Numbered from the stretch's first letter, positions 49,628 to 59,150 are shown. The stretch is DNA of 64,000 nt from Candidatus Saccharimonadota bacterium (GCA_017480035.1 JAFVBJ010000003.1:298126-362125); one strand, 5' to 3'. Translations and numbers: made by a program. The notes: generated by a model from the letters alone, not told the origin.

Positions 49628-49655
49628 TAAAGAAAAACCCGCGTTTAGCGGGTTT
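49628..49655 (-). terminator. Intrinsic terminator after rpmA
   Basis: AAACCCGC/GCGGGTTT plus T tract on the minus strand. Confidence 0.8.
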
Positions 49656-49659
49656 AACT

Positions 49660-49932
49660 TTATCGAACTTCTACGCGGACGCGCGGAAGGCTTTTGCCGG
49701 AGAAGTGAGTCTTTTTCGTCTTCACGAATGTGACGACACCATCTTTTGCGGCGTGGATTGTGAAGTTCTTTGACATATATGTGCCAGGACCAGCGATTTT
49801 TGTTGAGCCAGTTTGGCGGACAAGCACTTCACCGTTTCTAACTTTTTGTCCACCAAAGCGTTTGACACCGAGGCGTTGACCCGCATTGTTATGGACGTTC
49901 TTGGCGGTACCGCCAGCTTTAACGTGTGACAT
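49660..49932 (-). CDS. rpmA: 50S ribosomal protein L27
   Basis: SHVKAGGT, GQRLGVKRFGGQ, VRQTG. Confidence 0.95.
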   Translation of the reverse strand: MSHVKAGGTAKNVHNNAGQRLGVKRFGGQKVRNGEVLVRQTGSTKIAGPGTYMSKNFTIHAAKDGVVTFVKTKKTHFSGKSLPRVRVEVR

Positions 49933-49935
49933 ATC

Positions 49936-51099
49936 TTATCTTTTCCTTAATACTATTATTTCTCGAGCCACAATTTGCCCTTCTCTGAAGTAGAGCATAT
50001 CCTCTTGACTCAAGTGGTTTAACTTTAGAACATTATACCCCATATCTTTAATTTCGTCAAGGATATTCAACCTTTCGTAGTGTCCATTTGGTCTGAGCCA
50101 AGCCGGCACGGCGAGCGCGAGTGGTGTTCTTGAGTCAATCTGCCCCGAAATATTCTTCAAAAACCCTAGAATTATGCTTTTACACTCTTGTTTTTGCTCT
50201 TTCAATTTAATTTCGACTGGCGGTTGACTCATCGGCGCCCCGAGATACGTTTCACAAGCGACCGCATCGATTTTTTTATCCCAAGAGAAATTAGTCGCAT
50301 CGCCAACCGAAAGCAAAAACAAGTTCTTTGCGGTAGCAGGACCTTGGGCTACCGCGAAGGAACTGTTTTCTTTTTCCGTTAGCCATTCCAAATTTTTCTC
50401 CGAATACTCAATCATGCGGTCGCTTAAATCTGTTCCGTACGCCGTGTAGCCGTCAAGCAAAGCTTCCTGTAAAACCACGCCAGTTCCACAAAACGGATCT
50501 AAAATTCGCGAACCTTCAGGCAGTGGTCCGCAAAGATTAATTAAAATCTGCGCCAATTTCGGCGGGAGCATTCCAACTTTCGCATCTCTTGCCGGTCGTG
50601 CTTGGTCGCGATTTTTATAAGCCGTAATATTTTGCACCCCAATTAAAACATACCATTCTTTGCCAACCTTCAAAAACTCCACATGTCCGTCTTTTTCGCC
50701 CATTTGATTGTGATGTGATGTCGCCGTAGAAAGCGCTGCGTCGTTATTTTGTAGAACTCGCGCCGAGCGTCCCTGCCGTGCTAAAATTTTCTTGATTTTC
50801 AGCGCTTCGCCTTGTGATTTAAATTTTCTCGCCCCTTTCGAATAATCCGAAACTCCAATCACGAATTTTCCAGAAAAAGCCCCGTCGCTAGTATTTAAAT
50901 TCAGAAGATAATCAACTGGATTTTCCGAAATCAATTTTCCAAATTTCAGCGTTCCGCCGAATCGATTGATGTTAATGGTTTTATTCGATTCAAAAACCGC
51001 AAGATTTGGTGCAATTTTTTTGACACTTTCGCCAAATTGCGCCGTTAGTTCCGCCAAAGAAATGTCGGAAAGTCGTCCAAGAACCGCTAAATATTTCAT
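49936..51099 (-). CDS. TRM11-like SAM-dependent methyltransferase (THUMP-type N-terminus)
   Basis: Start ATG 51099; RPARDAKVGMLPPKLAQILIN, ILDPFCGTGVVLQEA, GTDLS, GDAT, CETYLG. Confidence 0.78.
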   Translation of the reverse strand: MKYLAVLGRLSDISLAELTAQFGESVKKIAPNLAVFESNKTININRFGGTLKFGKLISENPVDYLLNLNTSDGAFSGKFVIGVSDYSKGARKFKSQGEALKIKKILARQGRSARVLQNNDAALSTATSHHNQMGEKDGHVEFLKVGKEWYVLIGVQNITAYKNRDQARPARDAKVGMLPPKLAQILINLCGPLPEGSRILDPFCGTGVVLQEALLDGYTAYGTDLSDRMIEYSEKNLEWLTEKENSSFAVAQGPATAKNLFLLSVGDATNFSWDKKIDAVACETYLGAPMSQPPVEIKLKEQKQECKSIILGFLKNISGQIDSRTPLALAVPAWLRPNGHYERLNILDEIKDMGYNVLKLNHLSQEDMLYFREGQIVAREIIVLRKR

Positions 51100-51117
51100 G
51101 TTATAATATATTATATC

Positions 51118-52203
51118 ATGGAAAAATTCTCGGTTTCTGAATTTATCGCCTACTGTAATCAAACTTTAGAATACGCATATACTGGCTGCACGGTTGAAGG
51201 TGAAGTTTCTGAAATGAAAACGAGTCAAGGCAAATGGGTCTTCTTTAGCTTAAAAGACGACGACGGCTCAATCGATTGTTTTATTCCAATTTGGCAACTT
51301 CGTGTACCAATCGAAGATGGTATGAAAATTATTGTGCGTGGAACACCAAAGCTGACGAGTTGGGGAAAATTTAGTTTTACAGTTCAAGCGATTCAACCAG
51401 TCGGGCAGGGAAACATTAAGAAAAGTTTTGAACTTTTGAAAAAGAAACTCGAAAAAGAAGGACTTTTCGACGAAGCGAAAAAACGCTCAATTTCAAGAGA
51501 TATCTCGAAAATCGGCGTCATCTCAAGTACGCAAGCCGCTGGCTATGCTGATTTTATTAAAATCATCAATGAACGTTGGGGCGGCCTGGAAATTTCAGTT
51601 TGTCACACTCAAGTCCAAGGCCTTGTCGCGCCAGACCAAATTATTCGCGCGTTAAATTATCTGAATGAACGCGCCGAAGTTGAAGTGATTGCAATCATTC
51701 GCGGCGGCGGTTCTGCTGACGACCTCGCTTGCTTTAATGATGAGAAGCTTGTCCGTGCTATTGCCGCTTCAAAAATTCCAGTTATCACTGGCATCGGTCA
51801 CGAAGTCGACGAAAGTCTTTCTGATCTCGCTGCCGACGTTGTCGCATCAACTCCAAGCAACGCTGCCCAAATGCTCACGCGCGACAAAAAAGCCGAAATC
51901 GAAAATCTCCACGAAAATATTTCGCGTATTTCTACCCAAATTTCCTCGCGTCTCGATTTGATAAGAAGCGACACGAAAATGAAAACTCTAAGTATCGCCT
52001 CAAAAATTTATTCCGATATTGAATCGAAAATCGCCCAAACTATTAATCTCAAAAAAGTACTTGAAGGTCTAAATCCCGACAATATTTTGAAAAATGGCTA
52101 CGCGATTTTGACCGGAAAAGTTGCCGTCGGTAGCGAAATTAAAATCGAAACCGCAAAATCCTACATCAATGCCAATATAACAAAAGTAAAGGAGAAAAAA
52201 TGA
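51118..52203 (+). CDS. xseA: Exodeoxyribonuclease VII large subunit
   Basis: VEGEVS, FFSLKD, IGVISS, RGGGSADDL, ITGIGHEVD, TPSNAA. Confidence 0.95.
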   Translation: MEKFSVSEFIAYCNQTLEYAYTGCTVEGEVSEMKTSQGKWVFFSLKDDDGSIDCFIPIWQLRVPIEDGMKIIVRGTPKLTSWGKFSFTVQAIQPVGQGNIKKSFELLKKKLEKEGLFDEAKKRSISRDISKIGVISSTQAAGYADFIKIINERWGGLEISVCHTQVQGLVAPDQIIRALNYLNERAEVEVIAIIRGGGSADDLACFNDEKLVRAIAASKIPVITGIGHEVDESLSDLAADVVASTPSNAAQMLTRDKKAEIENLHENISRISTQISSRLDLIRSDTKMKTLSIASKIYSDIESKIAQTINLKKVLEGLNPDNILKNGYAILTGKVAVGSEIKIETAKSYINANITKVKEKK

Positions 52204-52394
52204 CTAAAAAACTTAACGAGAAAATTGCCGAATTAGACAAAAAAGTCGAATGGTTTTATGGCGACGAATTTAAGCTCGATGAAGCTAGCGCAAAATATAA
52301 AGAAGCAGTCAGCCTCGCAAAAGAGATTGAATCCGATTTAAAAAATCTCAAGAATGAAATCAAAATCATCGAAGAAGATTTTACGAAAGAATAG
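52200..52394 (+). CDS. xseB: Exodeoxyribonuclease VII small subunit
   Basis: Short helical protein with ATGA overlap to xseA; LDEASAKYKEA. Confidence 0.85.
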   Translation: MTKKLNEKIAELDKKVEWFYGDEFKLDEASAKYKEAVSLAKEIESDLKNLKNEIKIIEEDFTKE

Positions 52395-52451
52395 CGAAAA
52401 AACGAATTTTCCGCTTGCAAAAAATGTTAAACATAAGTAAAATAGAATCAT

Positions 52452-53246
52452 ATGAATAATAGTGGGCAACCATACGGTCAAAACATCAATAATTTTCAGG
52501 GAACGCCGCAAGTGGCGCCAAATGCTATGCCTGGTTATATCCCGCCGCGCCCAAGCCAGCCAATTCGTCCGGGTCAACCAAATGTCCCTGGTAACCCTGA
52601 ACCGGAGAAAAAAGACCGTTCCGGTCTGATAAAGACTATTCTTTTGATTTTTACTTCGCTTGTCGCCGCGACGTTTATTGTCCTCTTTATTGTGATGTAT
52701 ATAAACTGGAACGAAGCGAACACGAACGTCAAAGGTAAAATCGATGTTGCTGTCGCCGAAGCAAACAATGAACTCCGAACGGAACTCGAATCGCAATTCG
52801 CAGAAAAAGAAAAATACCCACTTTCAAAATTCTCTGGTCCGACTGATTTCGGCGCCTTGACTTTCGAATATCCAAAAACTTGGAGTGTCTACGTTCCTGA
52901 TGATGGCTCCACAGCCCAAGATTTCAACGCTTACATGAACCCAGGCCAAGTTAACGTCGTGAATGCAAAAACTGTGATGGCTCTTCGTGTCAGCATCGTC
53001 AATAAATTGACCGACACAGTCAAACAGCAATACGCCTCTTATATTAAGAATGGTAAGATGGAGATTTCGACCACCGTCGTAAATGGTGTTGATGTCGACG
53101 TCTACACTGGCCAATTACCATCAAGCCTCCAAGGTATCGTCTGTATCTTTAAGATTCGCGACAAAACCGCCATCATCCAGACCGACGCCATGATTTTCAA
53201 AGACGACTTTTATAAAATCCTCAATTCTATCACGTTCAACGCTTAG
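52452..53246 (+). CDS. Single-pass membrane protein: Pro/Gln/Asn-rich N-terminus, coiled segment, PsbP-like C-terminal domain
   Basis: TM ILLIFTSLVAATFIVLFIVMY; LTFEYPKTWSVY. Confidence 0.7.
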   Translation: MNNSGQPYGQNINNFQGTPQVAPNAMPGYIPPRPSQPIRPGQPNVPGNPEPEKKDRSGLIKTILLIFTSLVAATFIVLFIVMYINWNEANTNVKGKIDVAVAEANNELRTELESQFAEKEKYPLSKFSGPTDFGALTFEYPKTWSVYVPDDGSTAQDFNAYMNPGQVNVVNAKTVMALRVSIVNKLTDTVKQQYASYIKNGKMEISTTVVNGVDVDVYTGQLPSSLQGIVCIFKIRDKTAIIQTDAMIFKDDFYKILNSITFNA

Positions 53247-53274
53247 TCCACGTATTTTATGCTATACTATAAGT

Positions 53275-53961
53275 ATGCAGGAGGTAGATAATATTTTTGT
53301 CGCAGCTCACGAGCTGAAAAGCCCGCTTTCTCTTTTGCGTCAACTCGCGCTCTCGATGGAAATTGACGACCAAATCTCACTCAAACGCACTCAATCTCGC
53401 ATGGTCGAAGTTTCTGAACGCGCCCTCCGCCAAGTAAACGACTTAACAAAAGTTTCTCGCCTCGAAGATGGCTTGTTTGAACTCGAGCCAGTTTCGATTC
53501 GCGCAGTTTGTAATGAAGTGACGAATGAACTTCGCTATCTTTATCGCGCTAATCATCGCGATATTTTTGAAAAATACACCAACCACTCAAAACTCGTCAT
53601 TGCTAATCGCGAATTACTTTACTCTGTGATTTATAATTTCTGTTCTAACGCTATGCACTATTCCGATGCTGGTACTCGCGCTCGTATCTTTGTCCGCGAC
53701 AGGAAAGGCAAAGTCGAAATCCAAGTTAGAGATTACGGCCCAGCTCTTCCGACAAAAATCTGGAAAGATTTGAATCATGGCTGGTTACGCGAACCGACTT
53801 CGGTTGCGATGCGTCCCGGTTCGAGTGGTCTCGGACTCTACATCGCCTCGAAATTCAGCCGCTATATGCACGGCGAAGTTTCGGCTGTCCGCCACAGAGA
53901 TGGCACGAGTTTCACGCTCATTCTTCCTGTTTCGACTCAAACTAGCTTATTTGGAGAATAA
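53275..53961 (+). CDS. Cytoplasmic histidine kinase without sensor domain
   Basis: H-box AHELKSPL, N-box YNFCSNAMHYS, G1 RDYGP, G2 GSSGLGLYIA. Confidence 0.88.
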   Translation: MQEVDNIFVAAHELKSPLSLLRQLALSMEIDDQISLKRTQSRMVEVSERALRQVNDLTKVSRLEDGLFELEPVSIRAVCNEVTNELRYLYRANHRDIFEKYTNHSKLVIANRELLYSVIYNFCSNAMHYSDAGTRARIFVRDRKGKVEIQVRDYGPALPTKIWKDLNHGWLREPTSVAMRPGSSGLGLYIASKFSRYMHGEVSAVRHRDGTSFTLILPVSTQTSLFGE

Positions 53962-53962
53962 G

Positions 53963-54331
53963 ATGGCTCTAGTTTATGTGCTCGAAGACGACGAAATCAT
54001 GGGTGAGCTTTTCAAGAAATATCTTCGCGGGCTCTGCAAAGTAAAAGTTTTTCAAGATGCAATTTCTGCGATTTCCGAAATCTCTGACGATAAACCGTCC
54101 CTAATTTTTCTTGATATTCTTCTGACTGGTCCGGATGGTTTTACTTTTTTAAATGAAGTCGTTAGTTACGAAGATACTGCGAAAATCCCAGTCGTCATCG
54201 TCACAAGTCTCGACCTTAAGACTGACAACCTAAAAAACTATAACGTCGTGAAGATTCTAAAAAAAGATGAACTAGTCCCAGACGACATCAAAAATCTCGC
54301 GTGCGAATTTTTGGAGCCAAAAAATGCCTAG
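53963..54331 (+). CDS. Single-domain response regulator
   Basis: Start ATG 53963; LEDD, FLDILLTGPDG, IPVVIVTS, ILKK. Confidence 0.9.
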   Translation: MALVYVLEDDEIMGELFKKYLRGLCKVKVFQDAISAISEISDDKPSLIFLDILLTGPDGFTFLNEVVSYEDTAKIPVVIVTSLDLKTDNLKNYNVVKILKKDELVPDDIKNLACEFLEPKNA

Positions 54332-55022
54332 TAGCAATCGCCGTCGTAACGACCTTCGCACAAAAGCAATTATTCTTCATCGCACAAAATATGGAGAAAC
54401 TGACCGGATTTTGAATCTTTTGACTCCCGAAGGTCGCAAATCTTGTGTCGCAAAAGGCGTTCGCAAAGAAAAATCGAAACTCGCTGGTGGAATTGAAATG
54501 TTTACCGTCTCGGATATCGTGATTCACGAATCCGAAAAAAGTGACATGGGAATTTTAACTTCCGCCAAAATGATTAAAAGCTACATGAATATTATTTCCG
54601 ATTTAGAACGCTTCGAACTTGGCTCAAAAATTATCAAATTCGCTAATAAAATTTCCGAAAATGTCGATTCTCCGGAACTTTTTTCGCTCGTTAATCAATG
54701 TTTTTGGGCGCTTGACAAAAACCTAAATCGCGAGCTAGTCGAGAGCTTTTTTCTCTTTAATTTGATGCGGATTTCTGGTGAAGAAGTCAACCTCCATCGC
54801 GACACCAATGGCGAAAAACTTGATGAAAACACGATTTATGCATGGGAAACTTTTGAGAACGCTCTCCGCCCCGAATCAAACGGCAATATCACTGCCGACC
54901 ACATTAAACTAATGCGCCTGATTTTAACCTCTCCACTAAAAACCGTTATGCAGGTCAAAAGCAAAGAAAAACTTCTCCCGGAAGTCCTATTTATCGCAAA
55001 ATCAGTCGCCAAATCCGCCTAG
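54324..55022 (+). CDS. recO: DNA repair protein RecO
   Basis: AIILHRTKYGETDRILNLLT, AKGVRKEKSKLAG. Confidence 0.88.
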   Translation: MPSSNRRRNDLRTKAIILHRTKYGETDRILNLLTPEGRKSCVAKGVRKEKSKLAGGIEMFTVSDIVIHESEKSDMGILTSAKMIKSYMNIISDLERFELGSKIIKFANKISENVDSPELFSLVNQCFWALDKNLNRELVESFFLFNLMRISGEEVNLHRDTNGEKLDENTIYAWETFENALRPESNGNITADHIKLMRLILTSPLKTVMQVKSKEKLLPEVLFIAKSVAKSA

Positions 55023-55055
55023 ATATGTTAAAATTATAGAGATAGGAGATTTTTT

Positions 55056-56381
55056 ATGGCAACAAAATTAGAGGACATTGTTAGTTTATGTAAACGCCGC
55101 GGATTTATTTTTCCGGGCTCTGATGTTTATGGCGGTTTCGCTGGTACATGGGACTATGGCCCGCTTGGTGTTGCTTTGAAGAAAAAAATCATGAACGAAT
55201 GGTGGAAGTTCTGGGTTGAAGACCGCGACGATATGTTTGGCGTCGACGCCGCAATCATCATGAATCCAAAAACCTGGGTTGCTTCCGGTCATGCTGCAAC
55301 TTTTGCTGATCCTCTCGTTGAATGTCTCGAATGTAAGGGGCGTTTCCGCGCTGACAAACTTGCCGACGGAATTAATGAATCCGTCACGACCGAAGAATTC
55401 CATAACCTCCACGCAAAATGTCCGACTTGCGGCAAAGAAAATTGGGGCCCAATCAGAAAATTCAATATGATGTTCCAGACTCACGTTGGCCCAATCGTCG
55501 ACGACACTTCCGTCGCCTATCTTCGCCCAGAAACCGCGCAAGGCATTTTCACGAACTATAAAAACGTTGTTGACTCGATTTATCCTTCGATTCCATTTGG
55601 CCTCGCGCAACAGGGAAAAGCTTTCCGAAATGAGATTTCGCCACGCGATTTTGTTTTTCGTTCACGCGAATTCGAACAAATGGAGATTGAATATTTTGTT
55701 CACCCAGATACCTGGGAAGAGAATTTTGAAAAACTTTTGAAATCAGTTCACGAATTCCTTGAAGAAAAAATGGAAATTCCGGCCGAAAAAATTCACGAAC
55801 TTGAAGTTGCGCCGGAAGACCGCGCACATTATTCGAAGCGCACAATTGACGTCGAATTTGACTATCCAATCGGCCGCGAAGAGTTGATGGGAATTGCTTA
55901 TCGTACTGATTTTGACCTTGGAAACATCCAGCGTGAATCTGGAAAATCAATGGAATATCGCGACAAGATGACTGGCGAAACGTTTGTGCCACACGTTATC
56001 GAACCGTCATTTGGTGTTGAACGTCTTCTCATGGCTGTGCTCGCTTCGAGCTACACCGAAGAAGAAAAAGACGGAAAAACTCGCGTGCTTTTAAAGCTCC
56101 CGGAAACTCTCGCTCCGTTCAGATTCTGTGTTTCGCCACTTCTCAAAAACAAGCCAGAACTCGTTGAAAAAGCCAAAGAAGTTTATGATGCGCTTCGCGC
56201 AAAATATGGCAACGTGACTTGGGACGATTCCGGAAATATCGGCAAACGCTATATGAAACAAGACGAAATCGGAACGCCGAAATGTGTTGTTGTCGATTTC
56301 GATACTCTGGAAGATGGAACCGTCACGGTTCGCGACCGCGATATGACCGAGCAAACTCGCGTGAAAATCGAAGAACTCTAG
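55056..56381 (+). CDS. glyS: Glycine-tRNA ligase (alpha2, homodimeric type)
   Basis: LCKRRGF, WDYGPLG, YLRPETAQG, FRNEISPR, FEQMEIE, HVIEPSFGVER, QDEIGTP. Confidence 0.96.
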   Translation: MATKLEDIVSLCKRRGFIFPGSDVYGGFAGTWDYGPLGVALKKKIMNEWWKFWVEDRDDMFGVDAAIIMNPKTWVASGHAATFADPLVECLECKGRFRADKLADGINESVTTEEFHNLHAKCPTCGKENWGPIRKFNMMFQTHVGPIVDDTSVAYLRPETAQGIFTNYKNVVDSIYPSIPFGLAQQGKAFRNEISPRDFVFRSREFEQMEIEYFVHPDTWEENFEKLLKSVHEFLEEKMEIPAEKIHELEVAPEDRAHYSKRTIDVEFDYPIGREELMGIAYRTDFDLGNIQRESGKSMEYRDKMTGETFVPHVIEPSFGVERLLMAVLASSYTEEEKDGKTRVLLKLPETLAPFRFCVSPLLKNKPELVEKAKEVYDALRAKYGNVTWDDSGNIGKRYMKQDEIGTPKCVVVDFDTLEDGTVTVRDRDMTEQTRVKIEEL

Positions 56382-56400
56382 CTTGTGGTATAATGGGGGT

Positions 56401-56949
56401 ATGAAAAAACGCAAGAAAACAAAAAAATATAAAGTTAGTCTGTCAGTTGTTTTAAGCCCGATTATCATATTTTCGCTTCCTGTGGTTGCTATAACAACGA
56501 TCGACCTCATGGACGGTGGCTTTTCGCTACTTTTCATGGGTTTTCTCTTTTTTCCAGTAGCGATTGTAGCTGTAATTGCTGGAGTTTTCGGTTCATATAT
56601 AATAGGTCGAAATATCGCAATCTATAATCAGGTCCACGGGAAATCTATTAGCGCGAATATTAAATGGTTGCTTGTGATGGTTCTGGTGCTAGCAGGCCTA
56701 AGTATTGGTCTTGCGGGCTTAATGAGAGGCTACCCGATGAAACATTGTCTTAGCGCTTGTGAAAAGATTCCTTTTTATGAATCAGTTTTTACTGCATTAG
56801 CTTATATTATGGTTGCGTCAATTCCAGCTTTTTTCGCCACCTTGAAAAAATATGACGAAAAAACTATCAAAAAACTCGCTGATATACCAGTGAAAAAATC
56901 CTCAAAAAAATCTACAAAAAACTCCCACGAAGATTTTGAAGAATTGTAA
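56401..56949 (+). CDS. Hypothetical membrane protein (AT-rich)
   Basis: Start ATG 56401 after TGGTATAAT; about 4 hydrophobic segments. Confidence 0.7.
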   Translation: MKKRKKTKKYKVSLSVVLSPIIIFSLPVVAITTIDLMDGGFSLLFMGFLFFPVAIVAVIAGVFGSYIIGRNIAIYNQVHGKSISANIKWLLVMVLVLAGLSIGLAGLMRGYPMKHCLSACEKIPFYESVFTALAYIMVASIPAFFATLKKYDEKTIKKLADIPVKKSSKKSTKNSHEDFEEL

Positions 56950-56995
56950 AATGCGACCAAAATACCGACAACCATCCACGGAGACTTAATAATAC

Positions 56996-57508
56996 TTAAA
57001 TAAAAATTCGTTTTCCGCTCTCGCAGTGTTTGTAAAATTCTGAGCAAGAAAAATTTTTATTTGGAGCCACGTATTCGTAAATGCATAAATTTTTGGGGTT
57101 ATACTGACTATCAAGCTCGTTATCAATAAACTTTACTCTAATATCTTTTAGGGCCGCCTCGGAATTATCGTACTGATATAGTCCGCGCATTAACATCCAC
57201 GAATGCTCATACCAATAAGCTTTATCATCTTTGTGAAAAATCAAAAAAGTGTGCGTCGGGCATTTGTCGTCGTCATAATAAACAATGAAATAGGTTTCAA
57301 ACGATAGATTCTTTTTATTAAAAAGCTCACGTTCTAGTTCAACTTGGTCCCAACACACACCAAGCTTACTTTTTCGAAGTTGGTCTGGCGATTGGAGCCT
57401 GTATTTTTGGCTAAATTCGTCAAATTCAGTATAGCGTCTGCCAGCCTCATCAACCCAACCATATTCGATGTCTTTCATGATGTCATCAATATCAGAAATA
57501 AAATCCAT
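56996..57508 (-). CDS. Hypothetical protein, papain/transglutaminase-like fold suspected
   Basis: GVCWDQVE (Cys), THTFLIF (His), WYEHSW (Glu); AT-rich. Confidence 0.55.
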   Translation of the reverse strand: MDFISDIDDIMKDIEYGWVDEAGRRYTEFDEFSQKYRLQSPDQLRKSKLGVCWDQVELERELFNKKNLSFETYFIVYYDDDKCPTHTFLIFHKDDKAYWYEHSWMLMRGLYQYDNSEAALKDIRVKFIDNELDSQYNPKNLCIYEYVAPNKNFSCSEFYKHCESGKRIFI

Positions 57509-57551
57509 GCCACTATTATACTATTTTTAGAGCTTAATAAAAAATAATCAC

Positions 57552-57576
57552 AAAAAATCCCTTATTTCAGGGATTT
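57552..57576 (-). terminator. Intrinsic terminator downstream of tRNA-Phe
   Basis: AAATCCCT/AGGGATTT plus T tract on the minus strand. Confidence 0.75.
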
Positions 57577-57595
57577 GTTTGAATACTGTGCGAAC

Positions 57596-57698
57596 TGGTG
57601 GTAGCCATGCTGCGCATGTCTTCCACCAATCCAGCTCGCTTCGCTCGTTTTTTGTCTTGCGACAAAAAACTTGCCTTCGGCAAGTTCTGGATTGGTGG
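57596..57698 (-). repeat. Multi-hairpin element at the tRNA-Phe 3' end
   Basis: Perfect 12-bp IR 57623-57634/57687-57698 enclosing inner hairpins; TGGTGGT repeated at 57596 and 57693. Confidence 0.7.
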
Positions 57699-57768
57699 TC
57701 ACGGCTGGACTTGAACCAGCGACACGCGGCTCTTCAGGCCGCTGCTCTACCAACTGAGCTACATGACC
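57693..57768 (-). tRNA. tRNA-Phe(GAA)
   Basis: GGTCATG/CGTGACC acceptor, GCGGC-CT GAA GA-GCCGC, CCA. Confidence 0.95.
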
Positions 57769-57845
57769 GCACAAATTGACGTTCGTCTCATATTATTATA
57801 GCACAAAATAAGATAGAATCAACCAGGAAGTGATATAATATATAT

Positions 57846-59150
57846 ATGAAAAAATTTAATACATCCCCAATTTCTGGCATGCAAGAGCTGACTCCAGCTA
57901 AGCAGGCCATCTTTGACAAGCTTAAAAACGAGATTGCTGGGGTGTATCATTCTCACGGTTTTCTCTCGATTGAAACGCCAATCATTGATCGTACCGAAAT
58001 CCTACTTGCGAAAGCTGGCGGTGATACCGAGAAACAAATCTATAAAGTCGTGAAGACTGCCGAGACTGAGGGTGATGCGGACCAAGCACTCCGCTTCGAT
58101 CATACCGTCCCGCTCGCACGCTACGTCGTCGAACACGAAAACGACATCACTTTCCCATTTAAAGTCACTCAAATTGGCCGCAACTTCCGTGGTGAACGCG
58201 CCCAAAAAGGCCGTTTCCGCGAATTTTATCAACTCGACGTCGACGTAATCGGCCGCGAAAAACTTGCGCTCGCTTATGATGCTGAAGTTGTGAAAACAGC
58301 TTATGACGCGCTTAAAACTTTCATTAAACCGGAGATGAAAATTCGAATCAGCAACCGCAAAATTCTCTCCGGTCTTCTCCAAGAACTCGGTCTCGAAACA
58401 AAATCTGAAGACATTTTCAGTATTATCGACCACGCCGAAAAAGTCCCGAAAGAAAAGACGCTTTCCGCTTTCGAAGAAATCGGTCTTAGTAATTCCGAAA
58501 TCGAAAAACTCTCGAGCTTCATGGGAATTAATGGCACTCGTGAAACTGTCATCGAAAAGTTGAAAAATCTCGACATCAAAAACGAAATCTTCGCGCTCGG
58601 CGTCGAAGAACTTGACGAAGTTCTCGCTCTTCTCGAAAAACAAGGTTTGAAAGACACTGCGGTTGGCGACATGTTGATTATTCGTGGTCTCGATTATTAT
58701 ACCGGCTCAGTCTTTGAAACATTCCTCCCGGAATATCGTGAAATTGGCTCGATTTGTTCCGGCGGCCGCTACGAGAATCTCGCTTCGAACTACACCGAAA
58801 ATAAATTCCCGGGCGTCGGCATCTCGATTGGCTTAACTCGTCTTTTCTACGTTTTGAATGAGAATAATCTACTTGACGAAGTCTCCGAAAATCCAATCGA
58901 CCTCGTCTTGATTCCATTCTCCGAAAATGAATACGAATATACTTTCAATCTCGCCGAAAAACTTCGAAGCTCCGGCAAAAAAGTCGACATCAATCTTTCC
59001 GACAAAAAAGTTGGCGATAAATTCACCTACGCTGCAAAAATCGCGAAATTCGCGTCCGTGATTGGTGGAAATGAAGTTGAAACCGGCAATATTGAAGTAA
59101 AAAACCTCGAAACTGGCGAAAAACTTAAACTCGAAGACTATATTAGATAA
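57846..59150 (+). CDS. hisS: Histidine-tRNA ligase
   Basis: ISGMQE, IETPI, LRFDHTVPLARY, GERAQKGRFREFYQLDVD, RGLDYYTG, GGRYENL, GISIGLTR. Confidence 0.96.
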   Translation: MKKFNTSPISGMQELTPAKQAIFDKLKNEIAGVYHSHGFLSIETPIIDRTEILLAKAGGDTEKQIYKVVKTAETEGDADQALRFDHTVPLARYVVEHENDITFPFKVTQIGRNFRGERAQKGRFREFYQLDVDVIGREKLALAYDAEVVKTAYDALKTFIKPEMKIRISNRKILSGLLQELGLETKSEDIFSIIDHAEKVPKEKTLSAFEEIGLSNSEIEKLSSFMGINGTRETVIEKLKNLDIKNEIFALGVEELDEVLALLEKQGLKDTAVGDMLIIRGLDYYTGSVFETFLPEYREIGSICSGGRYENLASNYTENKFPGVGISIGLTRLFYVLNENNLLDEVSENPIDLVLIPFSENEYEYTFNLAEKLRSSGKKVDINLSDKKVGDKFTYAAKIAKFASVIGGNEVETGNIEVKNLETGEKLKLEDYIR

